DNA of 64,000 bases from assembly GCA_045862955.1 (NCBI GenBank), contig BTVI01000005.1, positions 1 to 64,000 of the forward strand, in the 5' to 3' direction. This document shows positions 61,727-64,000 of this stretch, one piece after another. Source of the stretch: Fimbriimonadales bacterium. GTDB taxonomy: Bacteria; Armatimonadota; Fimbriimonadia; Fimbriimonadales; JABRVX01. Made by a program: the position numbers and the translations under genes. Below the pieces are notes generated by a model that saw only the letters and a list, made by a program, of their open reading frames with translations, was not told the DNA's origin and did not search any database. Numbering within the stretch: the first letter of the stretch is position 1; each line of letters opens with the position of its first letter.

Positions 61727-62318
61727 CGGCCTTGCCTCCTTCCTTCGCTTCGGCGTCCCTCGGAACGGTGAGCTTTGCAACGATTTCGAACTCGACGCCG
61801 ACGTTGTTGCCGGACTCCTTTTCCTTGGTGTACTTCAGCTCCACTTGAGCGAGGTCTGGACACTCGTTCAGTCTTTGCATAACCGTGCCGACCAAGCTCT
61901 GGTCCTGAGCGTAACCTGCGAACCGAATCTCCACACCTTGCCCCGCGGTCTTCGCCTCCTGAGCTCGGAGGCTCGTCAGCCAGGTGTTCTGGGGCATTCG
62001 AGCCGCGACGTGGCCGAGCACACGATGCCACGTCCCGGTTGCGCGGCTTGCTGCTTGGAGGGTGGTCAGCTTGGGACGAAGGACTGCCAGTTCCTTTTGA
62101 CCTTCTGTGATGGCATGCTGATAGGGTTGCATGCCGGCACTCTTAGACTTCAGGTCAGCGAGTCGGTCATTCTGGCGGTCCACTTGCCACGTCAGCCCAC
62201 CGACAGCTGCCAGCCCGGCACCGAGTGAGATGACCCAGGCAAGCATGAACGCACGCGTCTTGCGCACCGCCAGCCGCTTCAGGGCCCTCTGTTCTGAGAT
62301 CAGGTTGACTAAAGGCAC
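61716..62318 (-). CDS. pilN: Type IV pilus PilN-like protein
   Basis: VNLI N-terminus, TM, MPQNTWLTSL and GYA. Confidence 0.88.
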   Translation of the reverse strand: MPLVNLISEQRALKRLAVRKTRAFMLAWVISLGAGLAAVGGLTWQVDRQNDRLADLKSKSAGMQPYQHAITEGQKELAVLRPKLTTLQAASRATGTWHRVLGHVAARMPQNTWLTSLRAQEAKTAGQGVEIRFAGYAQDQSLVGTVMQRLNECPDLAQVELKYTKEKESGNNVGVEFEIVAKLTVPRDAEAKEGGKAGDS

Positions 62319-62332
62319 GGTGAACTCACCTC

Positions 62333-63436
62333 CTAAGCCACCATCGCCTGGCGGCCGGTGCGTCGCATGGCCAATCCTGTGGCTACGCCGTATTCGGAGC
62401 CTTCTTCTGGGTCCACCCCCTCGCTGCCGACGAGGAACCTCGGGCTTTCCCAGGCACTGAGGAACTGACAGGGCAGACCCAGCTTGTATCCGAGGTAATC
62501 GGCGATCCCCTTCATTCGCGCTGCCCCGCCGCTTAGTAACAGCACCGACACAGGCGCGACCGATGAGGCCTCGGACTGCTGGGTCTGGTAGTAGTTGATG
62601 GAGCGGCGCAGCTCTCGAACCATCTCGTCCACGATGGGTTGCACCAGGCGGAGCTGGGGTGGCACCTCGGTGTTCTGTTCTGCACCGACGAGCGGCGAGA
62701 AGTCGAGCGAGTGCTTGGAGGTCCTTGCTGTCTCCTCGTCAGTCCGGAAGAAGGTCTTGAGGGCTTCTGTGAGGGTCTCTCCGGCGATGGGGATGGAGCG
62801 CGTAAGGGAGAACTGTCCGTTAGCCACCACGCTTATGTGGGTGTGTGCCGCCCCCATGTCGACCAGAGCCATCGTACGCTCCGCGTAGGCATCGTCACGA
62901 CGTGCCTCGATGAGGGCCCGGTAGAGAGCGAAGCCTTCGATGTCTACCACCTCGGTCTCGAGGCCCGCGTGATGGAGCGCGGCAACACGGCTCTCGACCA
63001 TGTCCTTCGGCGCGGCGACAACCAAGACATCCATCTTGCCGTCCCCCGCGTCTCCCATCATGTCGAACTCGATGTAGCTGTCCTCCACCGAGGACGGCAC
63101 GTACTTGCCAGCTTCGAACTTGATGGACTTGCGGAGAGCCGCTTCGTTCATTTTGGGGAGCTTGATGGAGCGTACGATGACCGAGGAGCCGGCGACTGCG
63201 ATGTTGGCGGCGGTAGCTCCTACTCCCGTGCGTCTCAACAGGTCCCGCAACGCAACGCCGAGCCTGTCCGGGTCCACGACGACACCGTCCCGCACCGTCT
63301 CCTCTGGCGTTTCGGCCTTAGCGAAGTGGCTAACCAGCAGTCTGTCGCCCGCGGGCTCGACCTGAGCGATCTTGATGGAATAGCTCCCTATGTCTACGCC
63401 GACGAACGTGTCTCGGCTGAATAGCTTAAGACCCAT
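62333..63436 (-). CDS. pilM: Type IV pilus assembly protein PilM
   Basis: VGVDIGSYSIK, VDMGA, LSGGAA and GLAMR actin-like motifs. Confidence 0.95.
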   Translation of the reverse strand: MGLKLFSRDTFVGVDIGSYSIKIAQVEPAGDRLLVSHFAKAETPEETVRDGVVVDPDRLGVALRDLLRRTGVGATAANIAVAGSSVIVRSIKLPKMNEAALRKSIKFEAGKYVPSSVEDSYIEFDMMGDAGDGKMDVLVVAAPKDMVESRVAALHHAGLETEVVDIEGFALYRALIEARRDDAYAERTMALVDMGAAHTHISVVANGQFSLTRSIPIAGETLTEALKTFFRTDEETARTSKHSLDFSPLVGAEQNTEVPPQLRLVQPIVDEMVRELRRSINYYQTQQSEASSVAPVSVLLLSGGAARMKGIADYLGYKLGLPCQFLSAWESPRFLVGSEGVDPEEGSEYGVATGLAMRRTGRQAMVA

Positions 63437-63884
63437 CCGTGTCCTCCTCCAAGTCCGTCTCGGCCAGAACCGGATCCAGGGACTGGGCCGCCAGCCAGTC
63501 GTCCAGGGCAGCCTTCGGGAAGCGCCATTTGCCCTGCAATCGGAACGCTGGCACCTGGTGTGTCTCGCATAGCTGTTCGAGCTCCGCAGCCGAGAGCCTG
63601 ACGTACTTCGCGGCCTCGCGCAGGGTGAGAACCGAGTGCGCTCCTCCGATGATGCCGCGGAACAACACGCTGAGCTGGTCGGGGCTTAGGAACAGTTCGA
63701 GTCGAACTACGCTGCCGCCGAAGACGCTTGCGGAGGGAGGCGCAGGCTGAGCCACGTGTACCGGTCGGGTCCCTGCCGTGGCAGAGGAGGGCGGCACGAC
63801 GGGAGGGGATTCCGGCACGAGAGCCGGATCGGCCACCGGCGTTGGGTTCTTGGCGGCTTGCCTTATGGCGTCTACGAGCTGCAT
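63426..63884 (-). CDS. Excisionase-like (HTH_17) DNA-binding protein
   Basis: VLTLREAAKYVRL...VPAFRLQGKWRFPKAALDDW. Confidence 0.85.
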   Translation of the reverse strand: MQLVDAIRQAAKNPTPVADPALVPESPPVVPPSSATAGTRPVHVAQPAPPSASVFGGSVVRLELFLSPDQLSVLFRGIIGGAHSVLTLREAAKYVRLSAAELEQLCETHQVPAFRLQGKWRFPKAALDDWLAAQSLDPVLAETDLEEDTDGS

Positions 63885-63885
63885 T

Positions 63886-64000
63886 CTAGGCTGCCCTCTC
63901 CTCGAAGTCCTGCGTGATCGAGTGCATCGTCACCCCGTCTATGTGCCTCAGCCCCTGGGCCATCCCAACCATCAGTGCGTTGTCGGCGAGCTGACTAATA
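63886..64000 (-). CDS. C-terminus of a probable ExeA-like AAA ATPase (partial)
   Basis: Hand translation ...ISQLADNALMVGMAQGLRHIDGVTMHSITQDFEERAA*. Confidence 0.55.
   Translation of the reverse strand, partial: ISQLADNALMVGMAQGLRHIDGVTMHSITQDFEERAA

Noticed and set aside
63426..63884. Prophage or integrative element suggested by the excisionase-like HTH
   Set aside because: No integrase, att site or phage genes; the gene is translationally coupled within the pilus operon

Overview
GC-rich bacterial chromosomal window. The gene content (PEP-CTERM protein, H-X9-DG prepilin-like proteins, alternative complex III, VanW/G5, ylxR) is compatible with Armatimonadota or a related lineage; this assignment is an inference. 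Left to right: two tandem paralogous Cys-rich secreted proteins flanking a LolA-like gene; ppa, queC, queF; a DUF1573-like protein paired with a tetraheme cytochrome/nucleotidase-like protein; a Cu(I) P1B-ATPase; a PEP-CTERM papain-like peptidase; a complete alternative complex III + SCO + A2-type caa3 oxidase operon with a CtaA-CtaB fusion upstream; a GH29 fucosidase; a methyltransferase; VanW, cysS, cysE, thrS; a stand-alone HsdR-N-like nuclease; tatA, selA, an esterase; prfA, infB, ylxR, metH; and an ExeA-HTH-pilMNOP-secretin operon. Intergenic DNA carries three REP-like palindrome families, including a 147-bp tandem array and a ~1.7-kb mosaic array. The most unusual locus is 44.5-48.1 kb. 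It is a repeated cassette of [sigma70 promoter]-[VKOR-like membrane domain fused to a hypervariable disulfide-rich C-terminal mini-domain]-[prepilin-type H-X9-DG protein], with signs of recent cassette insertion.
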